The position numbers were made by a program, and so were the translations under genes. From the NCBI GenBank assembly GCA_015067715.1, contig SVLY01000008.1, positions 740 to 64,739 on the forward strand: a stretch of 64,000 nucleotides of DNA, given 5' to 3'. Shown piece after piece: positions 63,501 to 64,000 of this stretch (the stretch's first letter is position 1; the number at the start of each line of letters is the position of its first letter). The notes below the pieces were generated by a model. The model was not told where the DNA came from. It did no database searches and worked only from the letters and a program-made list of their open reading frames with translations. Origin of the DNA: Oscillospiraceae bacterium. GTDB lineage: Bacteria > Bacillota > Clostridia > Oscillospirales > QAMX01.

Positions 63501-64000
63501 CTGTTCGGGATCGTGATGCTTGTAAGGCTGCTGCAACCGTAGAATGCAGAGTTGCCGATACTCGTCACGCTGTCCGGGATCGTGATGCTTGTAAGGCTGC
63601 TGCAATTAAAAAATGCATAGTCGCCGATACTCGTCACGCTGTCCGGGATCGTGATGCTTGTAAGGCTAGTGCACTCGCAGAATGCTCTCCCGCCGATACT
63701 CGTCACGCTGTCCGGGATCGTGATGCTTGTAAGGCTGCTGCAACCACTAAATGCAGAGCTGTCGATACTCGTCACGCTGTCCGGAATCGTGATGCTTGTA
63801 AGGCTGCTGCAATTAAAAAATGCATCGTCGCCGATACTCGTCACGCTGTCCGGGATCGTGATGCTTGTAAGGCTGCTGCAATTTCTAAATGCACCGCTAC
63901 CGATACTCGTCACGCCATCCAAAATCGTGATGCTTGTAAGGCTGCTGCAACCAAGAAATGCATAGTTGCCGATACTCGTCACGCTGTCCGGAATCGTGAT
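60545..64000 (-). CDS. cell-surface protein: BspA-type leucine-rich repeats plus three C-terminal CWB2 cell-wall-binding repeats (5' end outside the window)
   Basis: About 16 copies of the 23-aa unit SLTSITIPDSVTSIGxxAFxxCS, an acidic linker DDSGDQDDSGDQ, a second looser LRR block, then three (G)xxRYDT...DFADAL modules typical of CWB2. The frame stays open to position 64000; the ORF-track M at 63982 is an internal GTG (Val). Confidence 0.85.
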   Translation of the reverse strand: MTIPDSVTSIGNYAFLGCSSLTSITILDGVTSIGSGAFRNCSSLTSITIPDSVTSIGDDAFFNCSSLTSITIPDSVTSIDSSAFSGCSSLTSITIPDSVTSIGGRAFCECTSLTSITIPDSVTSIGDYAFFNCSSLTSITIPDSVTSIGNSAFYGCSSLTSITIPNSVTSIGSAAFNVCSSLTSITLPDSVTSIGSAAFNVCSSLTSITLPDSVTSIGSYVFYGCSNLTSITIPDSVTSIGSDAFWWCNSLTSIKIPDGVTEIEENTFGHCSSLTSITIPDSVTSIGYSAFCGCSSLTSITIPDSVTSIGNWAFRDCSSLTSITIPDSVTSIGDYAFDDCSSLTSITIPDRLTYISAWLFSSCEEMTSVTIPASVTAIGTGAFANCSSLKNIYYSGTEAQWNKIVIEDYNQFLSDATVHYNSTGSEEEDDSGDQDDSGDQVDFVWTLDADGTLTVSGAASVVISGSGGAPWYADRAKIKSVIIAEGVSSVGGYAFENCTALTSVSIPDSATSFGAYAFAGCTSLESVSFPKGTKFINGFTFDGCKNLRAVTVPKDLIFVGVSAFSGCTAFTDLYYEGTAEDWMNVSIMLDNDKLVNATRHYNTVIESFIIASGECGEGLTWTLDKTGTVTVSGTGAMTDYASGEAPWYGYRDRIKSVIIETGVTTVGDYAFYGCDNIENISLPEGSAPVTYSMFRMVRAMPTGLLSIGKYAFYGCSGLEGVIIPDTVEEIGESAFAKCESIESVKLPETVAEIGEGTFEDCSKLKNIVIPESVTEIGDGAFKGCSSLTAVVIPETVTAIGAEVFSGCENLEKVLYTGSEEDWEKIEIKGDNDPLSSVDIKFNSHISSLLPTRVFGSTRYDTAFDTADYIKELRGIEKFDCIVVASGEDFADALSGSYLANRKGAPMLLVKNNSKTLNSVKEYIRENLAAGGTVYLLGGEKAVPRAMETGLDGFNVKRLAGATRYDTNLAILREAGIAGEDILVCTGKDFADGLSASAVNKPVLLVKDSLTSAQKELLSTANGGKIYVIGGTNAVNAKIESALKAYGSVTRLSGADRYQTSVEIAKTFFGGADSAVLVYGLNFPDGLSGGSLAYSLNAPLILTANGKQSIAKGYTSANGITSGAVLGGSGLISDKVVKEIFSMTAGDQIIVK
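62900..64000 (-). repeat. near-identical 69-bp coding tandem repeats (LRR units)
   Basis: The motif gtgatgcttgtaaggctgctgca recurs every 69 bp. Units 63353..63421 and 63422..63490 are identical. Confidence 0.9.

Overview
This looks like a chromosomal segment of a moderately GC-rich Firmicute. It is probably a Clostridia member resembling Oscillospiraceae/Ruminococcaceae, but that is inference from gene content and repeat types only.

Content is mostly housekeeping and carbohydrate-related:
- Left third: a sugar-phosphate isomerase, a DUF3842-ktrB-ktrA K+ uptake operon, an alpha/beta hydrolase, a LysR regulator with a 3-gene ABC importer, two tandem GH16 paralogs, sfsA and tmRNA (ssrA).
- Middle: a MORN-repeat protein, an ABC-class (PF09818-like) ATPase, sbcDC, an MFS transporter, an acyl-ACP thioesterase and several cytoplasmic glycosidase-like genes (GH78-like, a frameshifted GH29, a beta-propeller type). 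Also an LD-carboxypeptidase, an ABC-F ATPase, a PBP5-type carboxypeptidase, a ComEA-like protein and an OmpR/histidine-kinase pair.
- Right third: a 2407-aa cyclic beta-1,2-glucan synthase-like protein, the ylxM-ffh-rpsP-KH-rimM-trmD operon, a GDPD, a possible DHS-like protein with an SIS partner, DUF378, and a 5'-truncated LRR/CWB2 surface protein.

I saw no rRNA, tRNA, CRISPR array, transposase, integrase or recognisable defence system.

The most unusual observations are:
1. An AT-rich cassette present twice (1..1166 and 57248..59543). Each copy has a homologous promoter, a leader with a strong-SD mini-ORF and a hairpin that differs in sequence between copies, a ~15-kDa secreted protein ending GEPAMK, and a lipoprotein.
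2. A hairpin/iteron array bracketed by 15-bp direct repeats immediately after ssrA.
3. A 3 x 52-bp C6/G6-rich tandem repeat.
4. A 1.4-kb non-coding tract carrying a duplicated composite GC-rich repeat.
5. A mini-ORF with competing hairpins upstream of the ABC-class ATPase.

All calls come from reading the sequence and ORF translations by eye. No searches were run.
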